A stretch of DNA of 64,000 nucleotides. Source: Candidatus Omnitrophota bacterium (GTDB taxonomy: Bacteria; Omnitrophota; Gorgyraeia; JAFGHF01). A program made the position numbers and the translations under genes. Below the pieces are notes generated by a model that had not been told where the DNA came from, did not search any database, and saw only the letters and a program-made list of their open reading frames with translations. This document shows positions 19,208 through 29,383 of this stretch, piece after piece. The stretch's first letter is position 1, and the number at the start of each line of letters is the position of its first letter. The DNA lies in the NCBI GenBank assembly GCA_020341815.1, contig CP070837.1, positions 135,229 through 199,228 of the forward strand, written 5' to 3'.

Positions 19208-19229
19208 TTGATAAAAAGGAGAAAAAACA

Positions 19230-20927
19230 ATGCCTAAAATCAATGTAATACTTTTGATTGGTTTGGCTGCTATTGTTACGAGCACATCCTTTGCCGAAGA
19301 ATTCACCCTGACCACCTATTACCCCGCCCCATACGGGGTATATCGCGAGATGCGCGCACAAAGAATGGCCATAGGAGATAACTTCTATGATGCCTCGGCC
19401 TATTGTTGGCAGGGAACTTGTACCGATGCCATAGGTTCGGCTGCCGATTTAGTTGTACAGGGTGATGTGGGTATTGGAACTCATAATCCTTCAAGGAGAC
19501 TGACTATTGCCGGAAGCGGCGGATACGGCGAAGCAGGAGCCGCGGCAATCGGGCTGGAAAATACATCAGCAACAGGCACCAACTGGCAGTGGCACGTAAG
19601 AGATGACATGCGGGCTCAACTCGTTGACTACACTACAGCAGGCATAACAAGATTTTTGGCTTCATCAGGTAATGCTGTAGGATACATATATGTTGATGGA
19701 ACAGACGGTAATGTAGGCATTGCCGCAACCGGGACATTTAGTCCTGTAAATAAGCTGGATGTGGATGGAGCAGTTGCCATTGGCGATACTTACGCGGGAT
19801 CATCCACAGCGCCTGCTAACGGGTTGCTTGTTGAGGGTAATGTCCGTTTCAACAGTGCTATAGCGCGGCAGGGCTCGACCCTGGCAGGTAACGCTCCTGC
19901 CACCCACGTTAATTTAGGAGCAAGTAGCACTACAGGGTGGAAAGGAACAGGAGCAGCCGGCTATGCAACAGTGGGGGGAGGATATAATAATAAGGCAATA
20001 TTGGATTACACCACGGTTGCTGGTGGATCGGGCAACAAAGCAGATAATAGCTGGTCAACAGTTGGCGGTGGAAAGTCAAATAGTGCAATTGACTATGCCT
20101 GTTTCATTGGAGGCGGGGATGGCAATTCTGCAAAAGGAGACTGTTCTTCAATTTTAGGTGGCAAGAACAATCAGGCTGCGGATAACTACTCTACTGTAGC
20201 AGGAGGCATAGCCAATAAAGCTATCGGCAGAGTGTCTTTTGCAGCAGGAGCATTGGCAACAGCTAGACATGATGGTAGTTTTGTTTGGGCTGACTATTCA
20301 GAAAGTGTAGAGTATGCTTCTAATGGAGAAAACACCTTCAACATCCTTGCCGACGGAGGTATCTATTTTACTGGAGCAGCTGGGACCAATAACTTAAGAT
20401 ATAGGCCGGGTGACATTGCAGAGTTTGTCGATACCCTAAAAAAAGACCGACTTCAGGAAGCAGAGATAGTCAGTATAGTGGACAATAATCTTTTTGGCAG
20501 GACAACAAAGCCTTATGATGAGAACCTAATGGGGGTTATTTCCGGGGATAGGACCTGTTCTTTTTATATAGGCCAGACCGAAAGTCTCAAAGAAGAGATA
20601 GAGCGCTTGCCCATAGCTTTGGCCGGCCCTGTGTATGTGAAGGTAACCAGCGAGTCAGGTAATATAGCTATAGGCGATTCCATAACTTCATCGGCTATTG
20701 CAGGTGTAGGGATGAAGGCTACTCGAAGCGGCAAAATCATCGGTTACGCGATGGAAAATGAGGATTTTTCTGATGCCGGAGAGATAAAAGAAATTTTGGT
20801 ATTTGTTAATATAGGATATTATATGGCAAATGATGATTTTCGAAAGTTAACACAACTTGAGCAAAGCTTGACTAAGATTGAACGCTTAGAAGAAGAGATA
20901 GAGATGTTGAAGGCGGAATTATTTTAA
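19230..20927 (+). CDS. secreted adhesin/fibre-like protein with GG..N.A repeats and a C-terminal chaperone-like domain
   Basis: signal peptide, TTYYPAPYG motif, VGIGT repeats, six 15-aa TVGGG..N.A repeats, GDIAE...PIALAG.V.VKV...GD...SS..G.GMKA, terminal coiled coil. Confidence 0.7.
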   Translation: MPKINVILLIGLAAIVTSTSFAEEFTLTTYYPAPYGVYREMRAQRMAIGDNFYDASAYCWQGTCTDAIGSAADLVVQGDVGIGTHNPSRRLTIAGSGGYGEAGAAAIGLENTSATGTNWQWHVRDDMRAQLVDYTTAGITRFLASSGNAVGYIYVDGTDGNVGIAATGTFSPVNKLDVDGAVAIGDTYAGSSTAPANGLLVEGNVRFNSAIARQGSTLAGNAPATHVNLGASSTTGWKGTGAAGYATVGGGYNNKAILDYTTVAGGSGNKADNSWSTVGGGKSNSAIDYACFIGGGDGNSAKGDCSSILGGKNNQAADNYSTVAGGIANKAIGRVSFAAGALATARHDGSFVWADYSESVEYASNGENTFNILADGGIYFTGAAGTNNLRYRPGDIAEFVDTLKKDRLQEAEIVSIVDNNLFGRTTKPYDENLMGVISGDRTCSFYIGQTESLKEEIERLPIALAGPVYVKVTSESGNIAIGDSITSSAIAGVGMKATRSGKIIGYAMENEDFSDAGEIKEILVFVNIGYYMANDDFRKLTQLEQSLTKIERLEEEIEMLKAELF

Positions 20928-20968
20928 AGGAACAGACTTCTTTTTTGCAAATAAGATAAGGTGATAAA

Positions 20969-22288
20969 ATGAAAAAGTTATGGGGTGGAAGGTTTAAGAA
21001 GAAGACTAATCCTCTGGTGGAAGAGTTTACCAAGTCTATTCATTATGACTATAAGCTTGCTAAATATGATTTAGCGGGTTCGATAACCCATGTAAAGATA
21101 TTGGAGAAATGCGGGTATTTGACTTCAGATGAAACGTCTGAATTAGAGACTGCCCTTGAGTCTATTGGCAAAGAAATCGGTAAGAAAGATTTCACCCAGA
21201 ATGAAAAGTGCGAAGATATCCACACCTATATCCAAAATGAATTACAGAAAAAGGTGGGTAATTTGGCATTGAAGCTGCAGACCGCCAGAAGCAGAAATGA
21301 CCAGGTGGTATTTGCCACCAAGCTATATTGCAAGGAAGAGGCTATTCCTGATTTGCAAAGTGCTATAAAGCATTTAGTAAAGGCTATAGATAAATTGGTT
21401 GATGAAAATAAAAATATTATTCTGCCCGGCTTTACTCATATGCAGCATGCCCAGCCGGTTTATCTAAAAGATTATCTGGGCGCTTATTGCGATATGCTCA
21501 AGAGGGATAGCAATAGATTAAAATATATTTCTCAAAATATGAAAGTAACTCTGGGCGCCGGCGCTTTAGCAGGCACTCCCATTAAGGCGGATATTTATGA
21601 AGCAGCGGATGTAGAGGCAGTAATCAATTCCATAGATTCGGTAAGTGACAGAGACTTTGTAATCGAGATTATCAGCGCCTTGTCAATTGTTGCTATGCAT
21701 TTATCCAGATTGGCCGAAGATTTAATTATCTACTCAAGCAAAGAGTTTGACTTTATTGAGATAGATGAGGCCTTTTGCACGGGCAGCTCGCTTATGCCTC
21801 AGAAGAAAAATCCCGATGTATTGGAGCTGGTAAGGGGCTATAGCGGAAGATTATATGGTAATTTAGTCAGTATGCTTACGATGATGAAGGGTTTACCCTT
21901 AAGTTACAACAGGGATATGCAGCTGGATAAAGAATCTTTATTTTCCTCTTTTGAGATAGTTTCTCAAGAGCTGGAAGTATTGACAGGACTTATCAAGACA
22001 CTCAAGTTCAATAAGGCAAAGATAAAGGAACATTTGGAAGATGAATCCCTGTATGCGACCGATTTAGTATATTACCTTGTGGATAAAGAGGTTCCTTTTG
22101 CTCAGGCCCATGAAATTGCGGGTGAGCTCTACAGATATTCTTTGGATAATAAATTAGGAATAAAAGGGTTACCTCAAAAAAAGCTGAAAAAATTCTCCGA
22201 CAAAATTGTAAAAAAAGAAATAGTCAGATTATTTAATCCTGCGTTTTCAGTCAGGTCCAAAAAATCAATCAAAAGAGCAAAGGCATAA
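20969..22288 (+). CDS. argH: argininosuccinate lyase
   Basis: LWGGRF, RSRNDQV, GSSLMPQKKNPD. Confidence 0.96.
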   Translation: MKKLWGGRFKKKTNPLVEEFTKSIHYDYKLAKYDLAGSITHVKILEKCGYLTSDETSELETALESIGKEIGKKDFTQNEKCEDIHTYIQNELQKKVGNLALKLQTARSRNDQVVFATKLYCKEEAIPDLQSAIKHLVKAIDKLVDENKNIILPGFTHMQHAQPVYLKDYLGAYCDMLKRDSNRLKYISQNMKVTLGAGALAGTPIKADIYEAADVEAVINSIDSVSDRDFVIEIISALSIVAMHLSRLAEDLIIYSSKEFDFIEIDEAFCTGSSLMPQKKNPDVLELVRGYSGRLYGNLVSMLTMMKGLPLSYNRDMQLDKESLFSSFEIVSQELEVLTGLIKTLKFNKAKIKEHLEDESLYATDLVYYLVDKEVPFAQAHEIAGELYRYSLDNKLGIKGLPQKKLKKFSDKIVKKEIVRLFNPAFSVRSKKSIKRAKA

Positions 22289-22289
22289 A

Positions 22290-23552
22290 ATGCACGAGTT
22301 CAGATATAAGGGAAATGAGCTTTATTGCGAGGGAGTGAAAATAAGCCGCATAGCTAAGAGGTTTGATACCCCTCTCTATATTTACAGCCGTAAGACTTTG
22401 ATTGATCATTATCGCAAGATTAAAAAGGCCTTTAGCGCAATTAGGCCCTTAATCTGTTTTTCGGTAAAGGCAAATTCAAACCTTGCCGTATTAAAGGTCT
22501 TGGCCAACCAGAGCGCAGGTATGGATGTGGTCTCAGGAGGTGAGCTCTACAGGGCCCTTAAGGTGGGTGTTGCCCCCCAAAGAATAGTTTATGCCGGGGT
22601 AGGCAAAAGAGAACAGGAAATCGCCTTAGCAATAAAAGCAGGAATCCTTTTGTTTAATGCGGAGTCTTTTGCGGAGCTGGGACTGATTGAACGGGCAGCC
22701 GGCCGCTTAAGGAAAAAGGTGGATGTCTCTTTAAGGATAAACCCGGATGTCGAGATACATACTCATAGGTTTATTACTACAGGGAGAATGATTAATAAGT
22801 TTGGGCTGGATATAAGGACTGCTGAGGAAATATTTTTGCGCTCGCGCATCTTTTCGCACCTCAATTTGGTCGGGGTGCATATCCATATCGGTTCACAGAT
22901 AACCGAGGGGCGACCCTTTGTTTTAGCAATTAAGAAGGCACTTCATCTGATAAAGCGGCTGAAGAGCAAGGGAGTGCAGCTTAAATATTTCAATATCGGA
23001 GGGGGCTTGGGTATAGTCTATCGGAATGAGCGTCCCCAGACGGCTGATGAGTTTGCCCAAGCTGTCCTGCCTCTTTTGAAGGAAACAAAGCTTAAGATAA
23101 TTCTTGAACCCGGCAGGTTTATTGCCGGAAACAGCGGGATTTTACTTACAAAGGTAGTCTATGTAAAGAAGACACCGAAGAAAAACTTTGCTATTGTTGA
23201 TGCCGGAATGAATGATTTGATTCGACCAGCCCTATACGGGGCATATCATGAGATTTTACCCGTTGTGCGCGCAAAAGATAAGGCCGAGCGGAAAGTGCGC
23301 TATGATGTAGTAGGGCCAATTTGCGAAAGCGGGGATTTTTTGGCTCAAGGCAGGGATATGCCTATCGTTCAAGCCGGAGATTTATTGGCGGTGATGTCGA
23401 GTGGTGCCTATGGCTTTGTTATGTCCAGCAATTATAATTCCCGGCCGAGAGTTGCCGAGGTCTTAATAGATAAAAATAAAGTTAGCCTGGTGAGAAAAAG
23501 AGAATCTTATCGCGATTTGATAAGGGCTGAGGTTATACCAAAGGGTTTATGA
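22290..23552 (+). CDS. lysA: diaminopimelate decarboxylase
   Basis: SVKAN, HIHIGSQI, EPGR, GPICESGD. Confidence 0.96.
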   Translation: MHEFRYKGNELYCEGVKISRIAKRFDTPLYIYSRKTLIDHYRKIKKAFSAIRPLICFSVKANSNLAVLKVLANQSAGMDVVSGGELYRALKVGVAPQRIVYAGVGKREQEIALAIKAGILLFNAESFAELGLIERAAGRLRKKVDVSLRINPDVEIHTHRFITTGRMINKFGLDIRTAEEIFLRSRIFSHLNLVGVHIHIGSQITEGRPFVLAIKKALHLIKRLKSKGVQLKYFNIGGGLGIVYRNERPQTADEFAQAVLPLLKETKLKIILEPGRFIAGNSGILLTKVVYVKKTPKKNFAIVDAGMNDLIRPALYGAYHEILPVVRAKDKAERKVRYDVVGPICESGDFLAQGRDMPIVQAGDLLAVMSSGAYGFVMSSNYNSRPRVAEVLIDKNKVSLVRKRESYRDLIRAEVIPKGL

Positions 23553-24376
23553 TGGAATTTGTCAAGGCCGAGGCCTGCGGCAACGATTTTATTATTATCG
23601 ATAGATTTAATAGCCAGAAACTAGCCTCCAGAAATCATATAGGAAAACTGGCAAAGAGATTTTGTCAGCGTAAGACGTCTGTTGGGGCAGATGGCCTGCT
23701 TCTGCTTGAGCGCTCAAAAAGATGTGATTTTAAGATGCGCATTTTTAATCCCGATGGTAGCGAAGTAGATATGTGCGGTAACGGCGCCCGCTGCATAGCT
23801 CTTTATGCCGCTCGAGATAAAGTTGTCTCTAGGCGCAAAATGACTATCGAGACCGCAGCAGGAGACTTAGAGGCCGAAGTCAAAAAAGATCTGGTTAAAA
23901 TAAAGATGTCTCTGCCGCAAGATTTGCGGCTGAAATTCGATTTGAATATCGACGGGCAAAGACAAAATGTAAGTTATATTAATACGGGCGTTCCTCATGT
24001 TGTTTGTTTTGTGCAGGGTTTAGATAATTTTGGCGTTGAAAAAATGGGCCGGGCTATTCGCTATCATCCTGAATTTCGCCCGGAAGGAACAAATGCCGAT
24101 TTCGCCGAAGTATTGCGTAATGACCGTATCCGAATAAGGACCTATGAGCGGGGAGTGGAGACTGAGACCTTAGCCTGCGGCACAGGGGCGGTAGCCTCAG
24201 GGATAATCACTGTCTATCAAAGGAAAAAACCTCAAGGTAAATACAGGGTTAAGGTGGATACACGTAGCGGAGAGAGTTTGAATGTTTATTTTAGTATAAA
24301 AAAAGACATAATAGACAATGTCTATTTAGAAGGCAAGGCAAAGATTGTCTATAGGGGAGGAATTGAAGATGTTTAA
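23549..24376 (+). CDS. dapF: diaminopimelate epimerase
   Basis: GNDF, MCGNG.RC, ERGVE.ETLACGTG. Confidence 0.95.
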   Translation: MMEFVKAEACGNDFIIIDRFNSQKLASRNHIGKLAKRFCQRKTSVGADGLLLLERSKRCDFKMRIFNPDGSEVDMCGNGARCIALYAARDKVVSRRKMTIETAAGDLEAEVKKDLVKIKMSLPQDLRLKFDLNIDGQRQNVSYINTGVPHVVCFVQGLDNFGVEKMGRAIRYHPEFRPEGTNADFAEVLRNDRIRIRTYERGVETETLACGTGAVASGIITVYQRKKPQGKYRVKVDTRSGESLNVYFSIKKDIIDNVYLEGKAKIVYRGGIEDV

Positions 24377-25241
24377 GGGTTCAATGGTAGCAATTGTTAC
24401 GCCCTTTGAAAACGGCAGGCTTGATGAGAAAAGATTTAAGGCGTTAATAGAGTTCCAGATTAAAAATGGCACTTCCGCTATTGTCCCTTGCGGGACAACG
24501 GGTGAGTCGGCAACTCTATCTTTAGAAGAGCACGAAAGGGTGATAGAGCTTACCGTTGAGACCGTAGCCGGCAGAGTTCCCGTAATTGCCGGGGCCGGCT
24601 CTAATAATACGGCCGAGGCGATAACATTGACCAAACATGCCAAGAGCGCTGGGGTGAGCGCTGTGCTTTTGATTTCTCCTTATTACAATAAGCCTACGCA
24701 AAATGGAATTTACCTCCATTTTAAGGCCGTTGCCGAGGTGGTAGATATCCCGATTGTCCTTTATAATATCGCCTCCCGCACAGGCATAAATATTGAACCT
24801 GAGACAATGGCGAAACTTGCTCAGATTAAGAATATTGTGGCTGTTAAAGAGGCCTCAGGCAATATTGCCCAGATGGCCCAGATTATGCGGTTGTGCGGGG
24901 ATAATATTACCTTGATTTCCGGAGACGATGCCCTTACTTTACCGGTTTTATCTATCGGGGGGACAGGGGTCATCTCTGTGGTTGCCAATATCGTCCCCAA
25001 AGAGACAGCCTCTTTGATTAAGGAGTTTGAGCGGGGTAATATAAAGGAAGCAAGGAAAATATATCTCCATTTATTGCCTTTGGTAAAGGCGATGTTTATC
25101 GAGACCAATCCCGCTCCGGTAAAGCAGGCCCTGGGGATGATGGGCCTGGTCAAGCCGGAGTTGCGTCTGCCGCTTTGTCCGATGTTGCCGGAGAACGAGG
25201 CAAAGCTCAAGAAGACGCTCAAGGAGTATAAGCTGATATGA
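24369..25241 (+). CDS. dapA: 4-hydroxy-tetrahydrodipicolinate synthase
   Basis: GTTGES, PYYNKP, KEASG, ETNP; start at ATG 24369. Confidence 0.95.
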   Translation: MFKGSMVAIVTPFENGRLDEKRFKALIEFQIKNGTSAIVPCGTTGESATLSLEEHERVIELTVETVAGRVPVIAGAGSNNTAEAITLTKHAKSAGVSAVLLISPYYNKPTQNGIYLHFKAVAEVVDIPIVLYNIASRTGINIEPETMAKLAQIKNIVAVKEASGNIAQMAQIMRLCGDNITLISGDDALTLPVLSIGGTGVISVVANIVPKETASLIKEFERGNIKEARKIYLHLLPLVKAMFIETNPAPVKQALGMMGLVKPELRLPLCPMLPENEAKLKKTLKEYKLI

Positions 25242-25999
25242 TTAAGTTGGTCATCAGTGGCTGTTGCGGAAAAATGGGCAAAAGGATAATTGCCTTGGCT
25301 CTTGCTGACAAGGAATTCAAATTAGTAGGGGCCATAGAAAACAAAGGTCACCCGGCAATAGGAAAAAAAATAAATGAAATTCTGCATCTCTCTGCTTCCG
25401 ATATTAAGATTACGGATAATCTCGATATAATCAAAAAGGCAGATGCCTTGATTGAATTTACCAGTCCTTTAGCTACTGCAGAACATCTGGGCCTTGCAGC
25501 TGAATATAAAAAAGCGATAGTTATCGGCACGACAGGGCTGGACATCCGGCAAGTTTCTCAAATTAAAAAGGCGAGCAGCCAAATACCCATAGTCTTTTCG
25601 CCGAATATGTCGGTGGGAGTAAATCTTGTTTTTAGATTAGTTAAAGAATTATCCCGGCAATTGGGTAAGGATTATCAGGCGGATATTGTGGAGGCACATC
25701 ATATACAGAAGAAAGATGCACCCTCAGGTACCGCCAAGCGCCTGGCAGAATTGATTAAACAGAGTTCCGGGCGCAAAAAAGTAAATATTAAGTCTATTCG
25801 CGAAGGTGGAATTGTAGGAGACCACCAGGTGCGTTTTGAAAGCGGGCAGGATGCGATAGTTATAAAACACAGCGCAAAGACTCGGGACATCTTTGCCCAA
25901 GGGGCGCTTGAAGCGGCCAGGTTTGCGGTGAGACAGAAGCCCGGCTTGTACGATATGCAGGATGTAATCACAGATAGAAAGGTGATGGAAAAAAGATGA
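25238..25999 (+). CDS. dapB: 4-hydroxy-tetrahydrodipicolinate reductase
   Basis: GTTG, PNMSVGV, EAHH..KKDAPSGTA. Confidence 0.95.
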   Translation: MIKLVISGCCGKMGKRIIALALADKEFKLVGAIENKGHPAIGKKINEILHLSASDIKITDNLDIIKKADALIEFTSPLATAEHLGLAAEYKKAIVIGTTGLDIRQVSQIKKASSQIPIVFSPNMSVGVNLVFRLVKELSRQLGKDYQADIVEAHHIQKKDAPSGTAKRLAELIKQSSGRKKVNIKSIREGGIVGDHQVRFESGQDAIVIKHSAKTRDIFAQGALEAARFAVRQKPGLYDMQDVITDRKVMEKR

Positions 26000-27162
26000 G
26001 AATAGAGAAAGCAGAACGCTTAAAGAAGCTACCACCTTATCTTTTTGCCAAGATTGATAAGGCCAAAAGAGAAGCACAAAATGAAGGGCGAGATATAATC
26101 GATTTAGGCGTGGGTGACCCCGATCAGCCTACACCCAGCCATATTGTAGATAAATTGCATCAGGCAGCAGGCGAGCCGGCTAATCAACATTACGCCTTAG
26201 ATCAAGGCATGCGCGATTTAAGAGTGGCCATAGCGAGCTGGTATCGAAAAAGATTTAATGTAGAGCTTGATGCGGATAAGGAAATTTTGCCTTTAATCGG
26301 CTCCAAAGAAGGTTTAGCCCATTTGCCTCTGGCCTTAATTAATCCTAACGATGTAGTCTTAATACCCGAGCCCTGTTACCCTCCGTATCGTTCGGCGACT
26401 ATTTTTGCCGGAGGCAGGCCGAAGTATCTGCCTCTTCTGGAAGAAAAGGGGTTTTTGCCTCAACTTGATAAGATTAATTTTCGCATTCTTGCCAAAGCCA
26501 AGCTCCTTTTTCTGAATTATCCCAATAATCCTACTGCGGCAGTTGCTGAGAGTGATTTTTTCGCACGCGCTGTTAAGTTTGCCCGAAAAAATAAGATTTT
26601 AATTGCTCAGGATGCCGCTTATTCGGAGATTACCTTCGATAATTACACTGCCCCCAGTATATTACAGATTAAAGGGGCAAAGGATTTGGCGGTAGAGTTC
26701 CATTCGCTTTCCAAGACCTATAATATGACCGGCTGGCGGGTGGGCTGGGTTTGCGGAAATCGCGATATTATTGCCCATCTTACTCAGCTTAAGTCAAATA
26801 TAGATTCAGGGATTTTTCAGGCAATCCAGGTTGCCGCAATATGCGCGCTGAATACGGGGCCCAAGCACCTCGATTCTTTAAGAAAGCTCTATCAGGACAG
26901 AAGAGATGTGCTTTGCGCGGGATTGAATAGTTTGGGCTGGAAGGTAGATAAACCTCGCGCTACATTTTATGTCTGGGCGAGGCTCCCTAAGAAATATTCC
27001 GATTCCATAAAGTTTGCCCGGCTTCTTCTGGATAAGGCAAATGTAATAGCTACTCCGGGCGTGGGGTTTGGTCCATCGGGAAATAATTATATCCGTTTTG
27101 CCCTGACTGTACCCAGGGAAAGACTAGAGCAGGCTAGTGCAAAAATAAAAGAAATTATTTGA
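25996..27162 (+). CDS. dapL: LL-diaminopimelate aminotransferase
   Basis: LPPYLFA, GSKEG, NYPNNPT, SLSKTYNMTGWR; dap operon context. Confidence 0.85.
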   Translation: MRIEKAERLKKLPPYLFAKIDKAKREAQNEGRDIIDLGVGDPDQPTPSHIVDKLHQAAGEPANQHYALDQGMRDLRVAIASWYRKRFNVELDADKEILPLIGSKEGLAHLPLALINPNDVVLIPEPCYPPYRSATIFAGGRPKYLPLLEEKGFLPQLDKINFRILAKAKLLFLNYPNNPTAAVAESDFFARAVKFARKNKILIAQDAAYSEITFDNYTAPSILQIKGAKDLAVEFHSLSKTYNMTGWRVGWVCGNRDIIAHLTQLKSNIDSGIFQAIQVAAICALNTGPKHLDSLRKLYQDRRDVLCAGLNSLGWKVDKPRATFYVWARLPKKYSDSIKFARLLLDKANVIATPGVGFGPSGNNYIRFALTVPRERLEQASAKIKEII

Positions 27163-27581
27163 TGGTAATCTGCTATATTGCTTTAGGTTCAAATTTAGGA
27201 AATCGCGCTAAGAATATTGATCTCGCCCTTAAATACCTAAGAGAAGACCCTGCCATTATAATTCTAAAAACTTCCTCTTTTATCGAAACAAAGCCGCAAG
27301 GCGTCTTGCTTCAGGCGAAGTTCCTCAACGGGGTAATTAAAATAAAAACCGATTATTCTGCGCAGGAATTATTGAAGAAATTGCAGGCAGTCGAAACCAA
27401 AATGGGAAGAAGTCTTCCCCGTCCGAAGAATGAACCCCGCACTATCGATTTAGACATTTTGATTTATGCAGATATGAAGATTGAAGAAGAAACGTTACAA
27501 ATTCCTCATCCGCGGATGTGGCAGAGAGATTTTGTAATCACACCTTTAAAGGAAATTGCTCCGGAATTATTTTTAAAATGA
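27162..27581 (+). CDS. folK: HPPK (hydroxymethyldihydropteridine diphosphokinase)
   Basis: LGSNLG, PRTIDLDI, IPHPR. Confidence 0.94.
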   Translation: MVICYIALGSNLGNRAKNIDLALKYLREDPAIIILKTSSFIETKPQGVLLQAKFLNGVIKIKTDYSAQELLKKLQAVETKMGRSLPRPKNEPRTIDLDILIYADMKIEEETLQIPHPRMWQRDFVITPLKEIAPELFLK

Positions 27582-28423
27582 AAGTTATCTCAAGTATTAA
27601 CGGAATGCAGAATTGGTCAAAGCAGATGCGTTGCAAAGGCAAGACCATCGGTTTTGTTCCTATGATGGGATATCTGCACGAGGGTCATTTGAGTCTTTTG
27701 CGCAAGGCAAGAGAAGAAAACGACTATCTGGTAATGAGTATCTTTGTTAATCCCACTCAATTTGGTCCGAAGGAAGACCTGGGACGATATCCGCGCGATT
27801 TTGGGCGGGATAAAAAACTGGCTAAGTTATGCGGCGTGGATGTGATATTTTATCCTGAAGCAAAAAAGATGTATCCGGCGCCTTACAAGACCTATGTTGA
27901 GGTTGAGGATTTAAGCGATGTGCTTTGCGGAAAATCGCGTCCGGGGCACTTTCGCGGCGTGACTACCGTCGTGCTCAAGCTTTTTAACATTGTTTTGCCA
28001 AACACAGCCTATTTCGGATGGAAAGACGCCCAGCAGGCAATTATTATTAATAAGATGGTCAAGGATTTAAACTTGCCTATTAAGATAAAAACCTTACCCA
28101 TTGCCAGGGAAGAGAATGGCCTGGCTTTGAGTTCGCGTAATACCTACCTGAAGGAAGATCAGAGGCGCCAGGCCATAATTTTAGATAAAGCTTTACAAGT
28201 TGCCGTCGGTATGATACAATCCGGGTATAAAGATCCTCGGAGAATTGTTGCAAAAATGCGCAAAATGATAAAGTCTCAAAAAACCGGTCGCATAGATTAC
28301 GTCGAGATAGTCGATATGAATACTCTTAAGCCGGTCAAAAAAATCAAAGGACGCCTGTTAATTTGCCTTGCCGTATTTTTTGGTAAAACCCGCCTTATTG
28401 ATAATGCAATTATTTGTGCCTAG
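27578..28423 (+). CDS. panC: pantoate-beta-alanine ligase
   Basis: MGYLHEGH, SIFVNPTQF, RPGHF, SSRN, RLIDN; start at ATG 27578. Confidence 0.95.
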   Translation: MKVISSINGMQNWSKQMRCKGKTIGFVPMMGYLHEGHLSLLRKAREENDYLVMSIFVNPTQFGPKEDLGRYPRDFGRDKKLAKLCGVDVIFYPEAKKMYPAPYKTYVEVEDLSDVLCGKSRPGHFRGVTTVVLKLFNIVLPNTAYFGWKDAQQAIIINKMVKDLNLPIKIKTLPIAREENGLALSSRNTYLKEDQRRQAIILDKALQVAVGMIQSGYKDPRRIVAKMRKMIKSQKTGRIDYVEIVDMNTLKPVKKIKGRLLICLAVFFGKTRLIDNAIICA

Positions 28424-28435
28424 CGGGGAAAGTTT

Positions 28436-29383
28436 ATGCCTTACAGCGAAGAGAACGATAAAAAGTATCGCCAGGAATTAGAAAAAGAGATAGCCAGATT
28501 AAAGAAAGAGAAAAATGCGATAATTCTGGCGCACAATTATCAGAGAGAAGAAATTCAGGATATCGCTGATATTGTAGGAGATTCCCTGCAATTGGCTCGC
28601 GCCGCAACAAAAGTGGATGCCGATATAATCGAGTTTTGCGGCGTGCGTTTTATGGCTGAGAGCGCCAGTATCCTCAATCCCGATAAAAAGGTGCTTCTTC
28701 CGGTGAAGGAGGCGGGTTGCCCTTTGGCCGATATGATTAGTCCGGAAAAACTAAAGGCGCTAAAAGCTCAACATCCGGATGCAGCTTGCGTCTGCTATGT
28801 GAATTCCTCCGCAGAAGTAAAGGCCGAAAGCGATGTGGCGTGCACCTCAAGCAATGCAATTGAGGTAGTCAGGTCCCTGCCTAATAAAAGAATTATTTTT
28901 GTCCCCGATGAAAACCTGGCTAAGTATGTGCAATCGCAGGTTCCCGAAAAAGAAATCATTATGTGGAAGGGCTTTTGCCCTACACATATCAGATTATCCG
29001 AGGAAGAAGTAATCCAAGCCAAAAAAGAGCACCCAAAAGCGCTTTTCCTGGCACATCCTGAGTGTAAGCCCGAGGTGCTTAAGCTTGCCGATCAGGTTTG
29101 CAGCACAGGAGGGATGTTTAAATATGCCCGCGCCTCCAAGGCTAAGGAGTTTATAATCGGCACGGAAAGCGGAATGCTCTACAGGCTAAAGAAAGAAAAC
29201 CCCGATAAGAATTTTTATCTGCCCAGTGAGCATTTGGTCTGTGCCAATATGAAGCTGACTACCTTGGGCTGGATAGCCCATTCCCTGGAATTAGAGGTCA
29301 ATGAGATAAGAGTCCCTGAGGAAATAAGGGTAAAGGCCAAGAAGTCCTTGGATAGGATGCTGGAAATTACTTATGGGAAATAA
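28436..29383 (+). CDS. nadA: quinolinate synthase
   Basis: LAHNYQ, CGVRFMAE, YVNS, HPEC. Confidence 0.95.
   Translation: MPYSEENDKKYRQELEKEIARLKKEKNAIILAHNYQREEIQDIADIVGDSLQLARAATKVDADIIEFCGVRFMAESASILNPDKKVLLPVKEAGCPLADMISPEKLKALKAQHPDAACVCYVNSSAEVKAESDVACTSSNAIEVVRSLPNKRIIFVPDENLAKYVQSQVPEKEIIMWKGFCPTHIRLSEEEVIQAKKEHPKALFLAHPECKPEVLKLADQVCSTGGMFKYARASKAKEFIIGTESGMLYRLKKENPDKNFYLPSEHLVCANMKLTTLGWIAHSLELEVNEIRVPEEIRVKAKKSLDRMLEITYGK

Noticed and set aside
19320-19340. TACCCCG...CGGGGTA mini-hairpin resembling the element's ends
   Set aside because: Explained by the YPAPYGV codons; it lacks the ATRAA/TGAA flanks and the longer stem.
27430-27440. ATGAACCCCGC matching the element's left end inside folK
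   Set aside because: It encodes the conserved (N)EPRTIDLD motif; there is no right end and no insertion.
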